Shown here piece after piece: positions 1 through 9,612 of a stretch of 34,377 bases of DNA. The position numbers and the translations under genes are program-made. Within the stretch, counting starts at the first letter, position 1. Every line of letters starts with the position of its first letter. The notes below the pieces were generated by a model. It did not search any database and had not been told where the DNA came from. It was given only the letters and a program-made list of their open reading frames with translations. The DNA is taken from NCBI GenBank assembly GCA_051439505.1, contig JBFRWI010000062.1, positions 1 to 34,377 of the forward strand, in the 5' to 3' direction. The DNA comes from Hormoscilla sp. GTDB lineage: Bacteria > Cyanobacteriota > Cyanobacteriia > Cyanobacteriales > Desertifilaceae.

Positions 1-114
1 TGGTGCTCAAGCGCGGTGGAACCACGCCGAACCATCCCGAACTCGGAGGTGAAACATTGTAGCGGCGACGATACTTTCGGGGTGACCCGACGGGAAAATA
101 GCTCGGTGCCAGGA
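1..114 (+). rRNA. rrf: 5S rRNA (first few nt missing at window edge)
   Basis: Typical 5S motifs CCATCCCGAACTCGGAGGTGAAA and GGGAAAATAGCTCGGTGCCAGG; 5' TGGTG pairs with 3' TGCCA. Confidence 0.97.
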
Positions 115-128
115 TGATTATTTAAAAC

Positions 129-177
129 AGCAATCAGCTCTCTTGTGTGTTTTCAGCAAGGGGGCTGTATTGCTTTT
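129..177 (+). terminator. Rho-independent terminator of the rRNA operon
   Basis: AGCAATCAGCTCTCTTG pairs with CAAGGGGGCTGTATTGCT (G-U pairs allowed), followed by TTT, directly after the 5S gene. Confidence 0.75.
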
Positions 178-270
178 AAGAATAGGAACAGGCTCCACGC
201 CCTCCCAGAGCAACTGACAACTGTTAAAATAAGTGACAAAGATGAAAAAAATAGGGAAACTGTAGCTGCT

Positions 271-1437
271 ATGGGTCGTGTTGGGGTTTTACTACTAAAT
301 TTAGGGGGACCGGAGAAACTGGAGGACGTGGGTCCCTTTCTGTTCAATTTGTTCTCCGATCCGGAAATTATTCGCTTGCCGTTCCGCTGGTTGCAAAGGC
401 CCCTGGCGTGGCTGATTTCTACTATGCGAGCGAAAAAATCTCAGAAAAATTATGAGGAAATAGGTGGTGGCTCTCCCTTACGTAGAATAACAGAGGCGCA
501 GGCGAAGGCGATCGCAGCATGTTTGCGGGTCAAAGGGGTAGAGGCTAAGGTATATGTGGGTATGCGTTACTGGCATCCTTTCACAGAGGAGGCGATCGCC
601 CAGATCAAGAGCGACGAGATTTCACAGCTAGTGATTTTGCCATTGTATCCCCAATTCTCGATTAGCACCAGCGGATCAAGCTTCCGGTTGTTAGAAAAAC
701 TGTGGCAAGAGGACCCCACTCTGGAAAAGCAGATGGAATACACGGTTGTTACTTCCTGGTATCATCGTCCGGGCTATTTGCAAGCAATGGCGGATATGAT
801 CGCTCTTGAACTCGACCGGTGCGATCGCCCATCGGAAGTGCATATTTTCTTTAGCGCCCATGGGGTGCCCCTAAGTTACGTTGAAGAGGCGGGAGACCCT
901 TACCAGCAGGAGATCGAGGACTGCACTGCCCGGATCATGAAGACGCTGAATCGACCGAATGCTCATACTTTAGCCTATCAGAGTCGGGTAGGTCCAGTGG
1001 AATGGCTCAAACCCTATACCGAAGATGCGATCGCGCAATTGGGGTCCGAAGGGGTGAAAGATTTGCTGGTAGTTCCGATTAGCTTTGTATCAGAACATAT
1101 CGAGACTTTACAGGAAATTGACATAGAGTATCGAGAGCTTGCTGAAGCATCGGGGATCGAAAACTTTCACCGGGTGCCAGCCCTGGATACCCATTCTGGG
1201 TTTATTAATGATTTAGCCGATCTCGTAGTAGAATCTCTGGAGAGTCCTCCTGTGAAGCTGTCCCAGGTAATGCATCCGCAGAAGCAGGTAAAGATGTACC
1301 CGCAAGAACGTTGGCAGTGGGGTATAACCACAACTGCCGAAATTTGGAATGGACGTCTGGCGATGATTGGTTTTATCGCGCTGTTGGTGGAACTGATTAG
1401 TGGCAAAGGACTGCTGCATTTTGTGGGACTACTGTAA
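271..1437 (+). CDS. hemH: Ferrochelatase with C-terminal CAB (Hlip-like) domain
   Basis: [49 protein letters not shown]-terminal [12 protein letters not shown]. Start moved from 145 to the ATG at 271. Confidence 0.97.
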   Translation: MGRVGVLLLNLGGPEKLEDVGPFLFNLFSDPEIIRLPFRWLQRPLAWLISTMRAKKSQKNYEEIGGGSPLRRITEAQAKAIAACLRVKGVEAKVYVGMRYWHPFTEEAIAQIKSDEISQLVILPLYPQFSISTSGSSFRLLEKLWQEDPTLEKQMEYTVVTSWYHRPGYLQAMADMIALELDRCDRPSEVHIFFSAHGVPLSYVEEAGDPYQQEIEDCTARIMKTLNRPNAHTLAYQSRVGPVEWLKPYTEDAIAQLGSEGVKDLLVVPISFVSEHIETLQEIDIEYRELAEASGIENFHRVPALDTHSGFINDLADLVVESLESPPVKLSQVMHPQKQVKMYPQERWQWGITTTAEIWNGRLAMIGFIALLVELISGKGLLHFVGLL

Positions 1438-1512
1438 TGTAATTTTTCCGATCGGCAAGTCCGATAAATCCTGGACTTGCTCTTTCTCACTAAAAAATCA
1501 CCACCTCACGAA

Positions 1513-2115
1513 TTAATCGGGATTACTTTTGTGACGGCGCGGAGCGCTCCGCGATCCCTTACTGCGCTGCTGTACGTACCACCGATACCAATCCTTAGAG
1601 CTGCGAATTGCTAGCCAAAGTAAGAGTAAAGCTATTATCCCTCCTTCGTGGGGAGCATCAAAGGCAAAGAGCACTAGGGCAATGCACAGGCCATCTTGGA
1701 TGAGGATCGCCCAGGGGGGCAAACCCCTCAGTCGATAGAACCAGCCTGCTTGTACCAATTGTAGTACCAGGGCTAGCAGACCGCCCACTAAACCAATAAT
1801 CCCCATCAGCCAAGGGGTGGGGTTTTCTGTGGTTGCTTGCGCGATCGCCATTCCCATGATCGCACCGACTGCCGGGCTAAACAGAAGCTGGATCAAAAGC
1901 AGTACACGTTGTCCCAACAGCCTTTTGGATGCAAACAGCTCAAATAATGACCAGCTAACTAGGACTCCCAGTACTATTTGTGGGTGGATGGCCGACAAAA
2001 TCGGCACGCGGGACCAGAGACTATCCCCGTGCAACAATCCGATTAACAGCAGGGGCAGGGCGATTCTCATTCCTCCTGCTGCTGAGGCTGACAGTGCGGC
2101 TAGAAGCTCAATCAT
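1513..2115 (-). CDS. DUF4126-family membrane protein
   Basis: SASAAGGMRIALPLL start and several hydrophobic segments typical of this conserved cyanobacterial protein. Confidence 0.75.
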   Translation of the reverse strand: MIELLAALSASAAGGMRIALPLLLIGLLHGDSLWSRVPILSAIHPQIVLGVLVSWSLFELFASKRLLGQRVLLLIQLLFSPAVGAIMGMAIAQATTENPTPWLMGIIGLVGGLLALVLQLVQAGWFYRLRGLPPWAILIQDGLCIALVLFAFDAPHEGGIIALLLLWLAIRSSKDWYRWYVQQRSKGSRSAPRRHKSNPD

Positions 2116-2451
2116 AGTGATAATTTAGCTTACTTGCACGAGCTGCTATAGCTGCTAGCAGTAAGTTTGACATCAATCCTTGTAGAGATTAATAAACAGC
2201 TTGAAGTCTAGGACTTCCTCTTCTATTATTACCGATCGCAGATAATTTAATTATCTTTTTCTGGTGATGGCAGGTAAGCGAGCAGAATTTAAACAATATT
2301 TTAACTTTATGTATTTGTGACAACATCTTCCCAATGTCGCCTGTTCTTGAAAATGTTGGTAGGAATAAACATGTATTGTCACTACATTCTCAAAGTAAAA
2401 TTATCTCTGGAAGGTGATAAAATCTGAAATGTGGTCGTTCGCGACAACAAA

Positions 2452-2633
2452 TATAGCAGTTCTCAAATTACTGTGATATACTGTTGGGGAGATTGCTAGC
2501 CCTCCTGCGTCGGGCAGCAGCGCGTTCCGGGGGGATTAACTCATAAAACCTAAGTTTATCGCTACGTACCCCCCTCGCAATGAGTTCAAGTTAGACAATT
2601 TAGCTGTACCACATCAATTTGAGAAACGCTATA
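2452..2633. mobile_element. MITE family A (TA target, IS630/Tc1-like), copy 1
   Basis: Ends TATAGCAGTTCTCA...TGAGAAACGCTATA; closely related copies at 15704-15881 and 19794-19950. Confidence 0.8.
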
Positions 2634-2783
2634 AAATTAACAATGGATTTGTTGGCTATCGATACAAAAAAATAGAAATTGTCGGGCTTTATGTGGTCGT
2701 TCGCAGTCGATAATAGGCAAAAATTGTGGAAATCTTTACCTCCTCTTTATCGACCTGCGGTGCGGGCGGTGTCTCCACAGTTT

Positions 2784-3632
2784 CTAGATCCTACTGCTTC
2801 TGGATAGTTGGATTTTAGCCTGCTGCCAGAGTGCTTCCAATTCATCCAGACTGTAATCAGAAAGGGGCCGTGAGGTGGTCAGTTCCTCTATCTTCCTCAA
2901 CCTAGCTACAAACCGCTGATTCGTTCCCTGTAAACCTGCCGAGGGATCTAATTCGTGCCAGCGGGCTATATTAATTATACTAAACAGTAAATCTCCCAAC
3001 TCTGATTGTTGATGGGTAATATCGTCATGTTCTAGGGCGTATTTTAATTCTGCCAATTCTTCGGAAAACTTATCCCATACACCCGTCACGTCATCCCACT
3101 CGAAACCAGCATCAGCCGCTTTTTTGGATATTTTCATCGCCCCCATCAGCGGTGGTAGAGTACTAGCATAGCGACTGAGTTTATCGGTTAATTCATGCTT
3201 CTGGTCAGTTTTCCCTTTTTCTACTGCCTTAATTTGTTCCCAGTTTTGGCGGACTTCCTCCACACTGTTTACTTGCACATCGGCAAATACATGAGGGTGT
3301 CGTCTGATTAGCTTTTCGGCAATTCCAGTGGCAATTTCATTCATGCTAAATTGACCGTACTCACTGGCAATTTGAGCTTGCAGTACCACTTGCAGAAGTA
3401 AATCTCCCAATTCTTCACAGATGGCTTCTATATCTCCACTCTCGATCGCGTGAACGACTTCATATGCTTCTTCAATAATGTAAGGCTTCAGTGTTTGGGG
3501 CGTTTGGGCTCGATCCCACGGACATCCCCCATCGGGCGATCGCAATGAGGCAACTACCTCAATCAGCTGTCTTATTGCTTTCAATGCTGCATCATCAGGC
3601 GTTGGCATCCTGGTTTGGGACTGGCTGGACAT
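2784..3632 (-). CDS. mazG: Nucleoside triphosphate pyrophosphohydrolase MazG
   Basis: LRSPDGGCPWD, EEAYEV, EELGDLLLQV, KLIRRHPHVF, second ELGDLLF. Confidence 0.96.
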   Translation of the reverse strand: MSSQSQTRMPTPDDAALKAIRQLIEVVASLRSPDGGCPWDRAQTPQTLKPYIIEEAYEVVHAIESGDIEAICEELGDLLLQVVLQAQIASEYGQFSMNEIATGIAEKLIRRHPHVFADVQVNSVEEVRQNWEQIKAVEKGKTDQKHELTDKLSRYASTLPPLMGAMKISKKAADAGFEWDDVTGVWDKFSEELAELKYALEHDDITHQQSELGDLLFSIINIARWHELDPSAGLQGTNQRFVARLRKIEELTTSRPLSDYSLDELEALWQQAKIQLSRSSRI

Positions 3633-3703
3633 ATCTAGTATGGTGCTCGCAGTACATTTTAATTTTAATTATGATAACGCAAGTCCTGACCGCGCGGAGT
3701 ATA

Positions 3704-6700
3704 TTAATCAGGACTGTGAACCTCCGATGGGCCGTGAGACTTCTCCCGTTTCTGAACAGAAGACTGCTGAATGGGTATCGCGATCGCGAATGTGGCCCCC
3801 TCACCTGGTGCGGAAATACATTCCAGAGTGCCTCCATGCTTTTCTACCACAATCTGGTAGCTGATGGCCAATCCCAAACCCGTGCCCTTGCCCACAGGTT
3901 TAGTAGTGAAGAAGGGGTTAAACAAATTCTTTTTCGCCGACTCTGTTATCCCCGGTCCATTATCGGCAATACGGATGGCGACGCGGTCGGAATCGATCTT
4001 TTCTGTGATAATCCGAATAGTAGGAATAGGATTAGTTGAATTTCCAGACTCGGGAGTCTGTGGCGAAGAACTGTCGCATAAACCATAAGCTTCTTCCAAC
4101 GCATCGATCGCATTATTAAGGATATTGATAAACACCTGGTTTAGTTGCCCGGGATAGCACTCAACTTCCGGCAGACTACCATATTCTTTGAGCATCTGAA
4201 TGATCGGCTCGCCGTTCTGGTTTTTCAGCCGATTTTGCAGGAGCATTAAGGTACTGTCGATGCCAGAGTGAATGTCAGCAGCTTTCATGTCTGACTCGTC
4301 CAACCGCGAGAAGTTGCGCAAGGATAGGACGATCTTACGAATGCGATCGGCCCCATTTTGCATCGAATCCAACATTCTTTGCAAGTCTTGCGTCATAAAA
4401 TCCAAATCTATATCGGCAATTTCCTCCTGAATTTCTGCTGTTGTCTCCGGGTAAGTTGCTGTATATAATTCTAGCAAATTCAAGAGGTCATAAATGTAAT
4501 TTCTTGCTGGGTCGATATTGGCGTAAATAAAGTTGACGGGGTTGTTGATTTCGTGGGCAATTCCAGCTACCAGTTGCCCCAAACTGGACATCTTCTCACT
4601 CTGAATTAGTTGTGCTTGGGTCCGCTGGAGTTGATGCAAGGTTTGTTCCAGCTGCTCTCTTTTTTCGTTCGCGATCGCCGCTGCTTCTGTTGCTTGGGTG
4701 TAGAGTTCAGCTTGACTAATGGCGATCGCCAGTTGGTCGATCGCATTTTCCAGCAATTCTACTTCCCCGTCACTCCAGGGGCGAGGTCCGCTAAAATGTC
4801 CGCAGCTAACTGCCCCCAGACAACCTTGAGAACTTTTAATGGGCAATGTTAAAGTAGAAGTGTAGCCGACTTGAGCGTGAAGCTGCTGCAAAGCAGGATC
4901 GGAAGTATTTGCTAAATTATCCGAGCGAATTGTTTCCAGACTTAAAAGCTTGACTACTAAAGGTCCAGTATCCAAAGGAAAGCGACCCAAGAGACTGGGT
5001 AGGTCCGATCGCTTGGCCTCTTTCACTACCTCCCAGGCGGGTTCTCCTGCATCCGATCGATACCAAACAAACATGCATCTATCTATTTGTAGCAGGTCGC
5101 GAATTTCCGTGACCGCTGTTTGCAGAATGCGATCTAGATCCAGAGAATTGCGCACCTGACTGGCCAGACGATTGATCAGTTCTTTCCGTTGAGCGAGTTT
5201 TCGATGTCGTGCCTCACTTTCCCGCAAAGCATTCTCTTGTTCCTTGCGCTCCGTGATATTTTGCACTAAACACATCCCGGCAATGATTTCGGCCTGCTCG
5301 TTCTGGACCGGTAAAGTTTGCACCAGGTAGAAACGATCCGCGATCGCCACTTCCGTTACCCGGGCAATTCCCTGGAGGGCGACCCGATAGTTCGGTTCGA
5401 CGATCGCGCGAACTTCAGGGGGGAAAATTACATCTAAGGTCTTACCTTCCAAAGGCTTTTGCCCCCTAGCGAGGAAATTAATTTCTCGGCCTTCTGCTAA
5501 AGTAAAGTGCAGCTCGGCGTTAAACAAGAGCACCGCACCGTTAGGGAAATTATGAGCGAGAGTGCGATAGAGTTCTTCACTTTTACGCAGAGCTGCTTCC
5601 GCTTGCTTCCGTTCGGTAATATCGTTACTGATTTCTAAAATCGCCGCCACTTTTCCTGCATTATCCCGCTGTAGGGTCCAGCGCGTCCCGACAGTAACTT
5701 GTTGACCGTCTCGTAAGGTTTGGAGCAGTTCCCCTTCCCAATATCCTCGCTCCAATAGCACTGCTTCTATTTCTGCATAGGGTTGCGGAAACTTAGTTTG
5801 CAATAATCTATGGGCTATTTGGTTTTTGGCTCCTTGCCTTGTCCAACCATAGAGCTTTTGGGCACCGTAATTCCAGTAAGATATCTTGCCCTCTAGATCC
5901 CGAATCATAATCGTATCATTGGCCAGATCCAGCATCTGGACGTGCTGCCGCAAACTTTGTTCTACTTGCTGTAATTCGGCTCTTTCGGCAGCTAGTTGGG
6001 CCGTCCGCTGTTCCACCCGCAATTCTAACTCTTCTTTATACCGCTCTAATTGGGCTTCGGAACGCTTGCGAGCGGTGATGTCCCGGGCCACACAGATGAC
6101 CGTGTCTTCGTAATTATCGATCAATGATGACTTTAAGCCATCGGACTGAGAGATTTCCACATTTACCCGGTGCAGGGGCGAAACTTTGGCCGCAAACCAA
6201 ACAGAACTGTCCCCCATGGGTACTCTATATTCCACATCAATGGTCTGACGAGTATCCAAAGCACGTTGAATGCAGATCTGCACGCGGTTAGCTGCATCTG
6301 CTGGCAACATGTCATGCAAGGTCATGCCCAGCATTTCTACCGTTGGTTGTACCAATAGCTGGGAATTAGTCGGAGCAACTTTCAGATAGCGTCCCCGCCG
6401 ATCCAGCACCATTATGATATCGGTCATGGACTCAAACAGGGCCCGCAGTTCCGCTTCCTGTTCCCGCAGAGCAATTTCCGTCTGCTTGCGATCGGTAATG
6501 TCTACGATCAAGCCATCCCACAGAAGATCGCCCTTGCCATTCCCTGGAGATGGTTGTCTTTCTGGAGGGGCCGTGGTGACCGAGAGCCATTTTATCTGAC
6601 CTGAAGGGGTGATGATCCGCCCTTCCCAATGCCAAGGCTGTAAAGTATCCACTGAGGCGGTAATGGATGCTTCAAACCCCTGCCGATCGTCGGGATGCAG

Positions 6701-7261
6701 CAGTTGAAAGAAAAGATGAGCGTCCTGTTGAAGGGCCTCTGGCTCTAGTTCGCACAAGCTCAGACAGCGAGGACTCACATAGGGAAAGCATACTCCAGCA
6801 TCGGCCTGGAGCAGAAATTGATAAATCATTCCCGGCACGTTGGCCGTTAGCTTCTGGAAACGGTTCTCGCTCTTTTCCAGGGCGGACTCTCTCAACGGGC
6901 GATCGCCGATCTTCTCGGTCCACAGGATCAGGCCGCCGATCTCGCCGCTGCTGGTGCGCCAGGGTTCGATCGCCCACTTGACCCAAAAGATCTCGCCATC
7001 TGCTTTCACCACTGGATCGGCCTCTGACTGCTGTGACTGGCCAGCTAAACACTGGTCGTAGATCTGCTGCCAGCTAGGGGGTAGGTCTGGAAACACTTCA
7101 TAATGAGAGCGCGAGCGTAAGTCTACCTCACCCAACCCGTAATCTCTCAGCCAGCGGTTGCTGGTGACAATGTAATGCATCTGACGGTCTAACACCGCCA
7201 CTGCCGCTGGGGTTTGCTCGATAAATAGCTTCAACAGCTCCGGATTTTCTCTATAATCCAT
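3704..7261 (-). CDS. Soluble multi-PAS/GAF sensor histidine kinase
   Basis: About 5 PAS/PAC repeats (DITxRK-type ends), a GAF domain, H-box GIAHEINNPVNF, N-box QLNQVFINILNNAIDA, DNGPG and GTGLGL; no TM segment. Confidence 0.93.
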   Translation of the reverse strand: MDYRENPELLKLFIEQTPAAVAVLDRQMHYIVTSNRWLRDYGLGEVDLRSRSHYEVFPDLPPSWQQIYDQCLAGQSQQSEADPVVKADGEIFWVKWAIEPWRTSSGEIGGLILWTEKIGDRPLRESALEKSENRFQKLTANVPGMIYQFLLQADAGVCFPYVSPRCLSLCELEPEALQQDAHLFFQLLHPDDRQGFEASITASVDTLQPWHWEGRIITPSGQIKWLSVTTAPPERQPSPGNGKGDLLWDGLIVDITDRKQTEIALREQEAELRALFESMTDIIMVLDRRGRYLKVAPTNSQLLVQPTVEMLGMTLHDMLPADAANRVQICIQRALDTRQTIDVEYRVPMGDSSVWFAAKVSPLHRVNVEISQSDGLKSSLIDNYEDTVICVARDITARKRSEAQLERYKEELELRVEQRTAQLAAERAELQQVEQSLRQHVQMLDLANDTIMIRDLEGKISYWNYGAQKLYGWTRQGAKNQIAHRLLQTKFPQPYAEIEAVLLERGYWEGELLQTLRDGQQVTVGTRWTLQRDNAGKVAAILEISNDITERKQAEAALRKSEELYRTLAHNFPNGAVLLFNAELHFTLAEGREINFLARGQKPLEGKTLDVIFPPEVRAIVEPNYRVALQGIARVTEVAIADRFYLVQTLPVQNEQAEIIAGMCLVQNITERKEQENALRESEARHRKLAQRKELINRLASQVRNSLDLDRILQTAVTEIRDLLQIDRCMFVWYRSDAGEPAWEVVKEAKRSDLPSLLGRFPLDTGPLVVKLLSLETIRSDNLANTSDPALQQLHAQVGYTSTLTLPIKSSQGCLGAVSCGHFSGPRPWSDGEVELLENAIDQLAIAISQAELYTQATEAAAIANEKREQLEQTLHQLQRTQAQLIQSEKMSSLGQLVAGIAHEINNPVNFIYANIDPARNYIYDLLNLLELYTATYPETTAEIQEEIADIDLDFMTQDLQRMLDSMQNGADRIRKIVLSLRNFSRLDESDMKAADIHSGIDSTLMLLQNRLKNQNGEPIIQMLKEYGSLPEVECYPGQLNQVFINILNNAIDALEEAYGLCDSSSPQTPESGNSTNPIPTIRIITEKIDSDRVAIRIADNGPGITESAKKNLFNPFFTTKPVGKGTGLGLAISYQIVVEKHGGTLECISAPGEGATFAIAIPIQQSSVQKREKSHGPSEVHSPD

Positions 7262-7854
7262 TGGTCGGTGTAGAACAGTCTCTGAGCTTCGAGCTTAACC
7301 TAAAATACGGCATTTTGTCATCCCGATCGGGCCCTATGTCGTAGTTTTGGGGATATCAGCGGTTGGCTGTTGGCCCTTGCGATCGATCCCAGAGGATCTT
7401 TGGAAATACCCCCCAGGTAATAAATGTTTCAGGTTAATCTGCGTAGCCCGATCGGGGCTAGCCGTTATTCCCAATGCATTGAATGCCGAGGAAATTGAGG
7501 CCATGAATCAAGGGATGTTGAAAACCCCGATTTCCAATCAGAAACCGGGGTTCTTAGCATATTAGCACGGGGAATACACTCATCCCGAATGGCTAGTGTA
7601 AACGGACTGTAAAGCTCTGACGAAATCATCCGCTTCAGGATCGCTGCCATCTGATGCCGAAAAATCTTTATTAGCTAATGGAGAAATCCGAGGGATACTG
7701 TAGGAGCAAAGGGGAAAGCGTCCTTCTGGACAATTATGACAGGGGCAAGTTGCATATTGCGACCTAATTTTTAACGTCAGAGTCCAGACAAGGGAGAAGT
7801 TGGCGATAAATCATACTTTCAAAACCCATCCCATTAATGACCAGGGAGTTAGCC

Positions 7855-8067
7855 CAATACTTCTCGGTTAAGAATATAGGTTGTCATTGCGAGGGGGGGA
7901 ACAAGCGCGATAACTTATGGGAAATTGAGTTGACCCCCCCCGAAGCAATCCCCTGCAAGCGTAACAGACTCGGTGAGATTGCTTCGGGGGGATTGTTTCA
8001 GGGGCGTTCCAAATAGTTAGTTGGCAAGACCCCCTCGCAATGACGGGTTGTTAACCGAGAAGTATTG
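7855..8067. mobile_element. MITE family B with 17-bp TIR and 10-bp target duplication (IS4-like)
   Basis: Perfect TIR CAATACTTCTCGGTTAA / TTAACCGAGAAGTATTG; GGAGTTAGCC duplicated at 7845-7854 and 8068-8077. Confidence 0.92.
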
Positions 8068-8369
8068 GGAGTTAGCCAGAGCCCTGCATAAAACAGACAA
8101 ACCACTGCTACTCAACTGTGAAAACATGGCCGCTATCTTGTATGGCTTGAACTGCATCCAGATTTTTCCGATCGCGGGCAGGTAGAGGAGAACCCCAATA
8201 GATAGAAGGACCGGAAAAGGGAGCGTTGTCAATAATTGCCAATGAGTTATTAGCAAAATTACTGCCCCGATCGCGCATGTCATCATCGAACAGCCCAAGC
8301 ATATTTCAGGGGATAAACCTCTCTTGATTTTGTTTGCTATGGCAATTATAAAATAGTTCGTTAAAGTTA

Positions 8370-8402
8370 AGAAACCCGGTTTCTCGGAGAAACCGGGTTT
8401 CT
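8370..8402. repeat. AGAAACCCGGTTTCT palindromic dispersed repeat (paired)
   Basis: Related paired copies at 7520-7555, 15513-15579 and 20861-20894, mostly just downstream of genes. Confidence 0.8.
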
Positions 8403-8474
8403 GGACCGTTTCACATCTCTAACTGAGTGGTAATGATTCGTGAGAATTAAGAACCAGGGTTGATTACTTCATTG

Positions 8475-8696
8475 TCAAGAGTTTCCGTTTTTCTTTCCCT
8501 GTATTTGAGCCTTCTTCTCTTGCAGTGCTTTCCGAGCAGGTGCAGTCAAGTTTTGCTTTTGCAGTTCTTTGTTAATCCTCTCAAGTTGGCTGCTACTCCC
8601 AGACTTACTGCTAGAATTACGCTTTGGGGGTTTTTCGCCCTGAATCTCTCTTCCTTGTTCGACCCAGTTTTTAATTTTATCGTCTAGTGATGACAT
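8475..8696 (-). CDS. Small basic hypothetical protein (about 73 aa)
   Basis: ORF MSSLDDKIKNW... with GAGGGA upstream; co-oriented with neighbours; helical K/Q-rich composition. Confidence 0.55.
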   Translation of the reverse strand: MSSLDDKIKNWVEQGREIQGEKPPKRNSSSKSGSSSQLERINKELQKQNLTAPARKALQEKKAQIQGKKNGNS

Positions 8697-8794
8697 GAAA
8701 ACATCCCTCATGTTTTAAGGTTAACAACGTGACAAGACACAGAGCATAGTTTACTCATTACCTACTGCTAGCAGCAGGGAAGGACAAGTTTCAA

Positions 8795-9247
8795 TTAGCG
8801 ATCGAGGTCGTAGTTCATGGTGAAATATATTGTGCCTTCTCGACTGCTCATAGGACCGCGATCGGGACGGATAAATCGGAAGTCGAAACGCCGCACGCCA
8901 TTACCAAAATCGATATAGTTCCCGCTAGTGGCATTCATCGTGATTTCAGTCCTTTGCCATCCGCCACGATTGATTTTGTATTCCAGTGGAATTTTACCAG
9001 TCTGACCTACGTTGTTGGTAGGATTGACATAGAAACCGCCGATCTGCCTGGCACCTGATACTCGTTTGTAGGAACCAAACTTACAAGTGAAACTCCTTGT
9101 CAAGCTTGACATGTAGCAGGAACCACGTCTTTCCGGGCCTGCCCACCAGTTACCAGCTTGAACCGCAACTGGAATCGATATTGTACTTGCTAGGATGGCA
9201 AGCATACCTCCTATAAATGCAACTTTTGAATTGTTTTTCTGCATCAT
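8795..9247 (-). CDS. Secreted hypothetical protein (150 aa)
   Basis: Signal peptide ending in VQA, GAGAGG RBS, beta-rich mature part with two Cys. Confidence 0.75.
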   Translation of the reverse strand: MMQKNNSKVAFIGGMLAILASTISIPVAVQAGNWWAGPERRGSCYMSSLTRSFTCKFGSYKRVSGARQIGGFYVNPTNNVGQTGKIPLEYKINRGGWQRTEITMNATSGNYIDFGNGVRRFDFRFIRPDRGPMSSREGTIYFTMNYDLDR

Positions 9248-9308
9248 TAACCTCTCTCTTTGTTAGAACGATATATTTGATGAAAAGGATGAAAAGATCC
9301 TTGTGCAA

Positions 9309-9596
9309 GGGTGCATCTTATATTTGCATTCCGAACCTGTAGGGGCGAAGCATTCCGGCGATCAAATTCCGCTCGTAAGTGATAAATATTATGCCGGAAT
9401 GCTTCGCCCGTGCCCCGTGCCAAAGTCGATTAGCCTCCTGGCCCGCCGTGGGTTAAAACCCACGGCTAATAGCTTAAGTGGGTTAAAACCCACTAAAAGC
9501 ATTATCTAGAAAGCGTTTTCCCCTCGTTCCCTGGCTCCGCCTGGGAACGCGCGGCGCGAGGCGGAGCCTCTAGTTGCGAATGGTGCAAGATATGAG
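9309..9596. repeat. Composite intergenic repeat cluster with REP-like hairpins
   Basis: GGGCGAAGCATTCCGG...CCGGAATGCTTCGCCC inverted repeat; GTGGGTTAAAACCCAC palindromes (9441-9495); CGTTCCC..GGGAACG hairpin also seen near 15635. Confidence 0.7.
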
Positions 9597-9612
9597 TTTG
9601 CACGACTACTTA

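Larger units (their letters stand above)
7580..8472 (-). pseudogene. Degraded Cys/His-motif membrane protein gene (frameshifts, internal stop, MITE and repeat insertions)
   Basis: Pieces in different frames: MSNQPWFLILTNHYH; ICLGCSMMTCAIGAVILL...; VAVVCLFYAGLWLT|PWSLMGWVLKV*FIANF...TCPCHNCPEGRFPLCSY...TSHSG*, where | is the MITE site. Confidence 0.6.

Noticed and set aside
145..270. N-terminal extension of hemH
   Set aside because: It begins inside the rRNA terminator; the family start is MGRVG at 271
2330..2386. NtcA boxes
   Set aside because: GTA-N7-TAC has the wrong spacing; the nearby GTA-N8-AAC at ~2311 is only a partial match
4690..5160. Cyanobacteriochrome GAF in the histidine kinase
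   Set aside because: No recognisable DxCF or CH bilin-binding motif
3491..7061. Many plus-strand ORFs opposite mazG and the kinase
   Set aside because: Antisense shadows of strong genes with no recognisable motifs
9115..9140. PatS/PatX-like motif (ERRGS) in the 150-aa protein
   Set aside because: Does not match RGSGR and lies inside a probable folded domain
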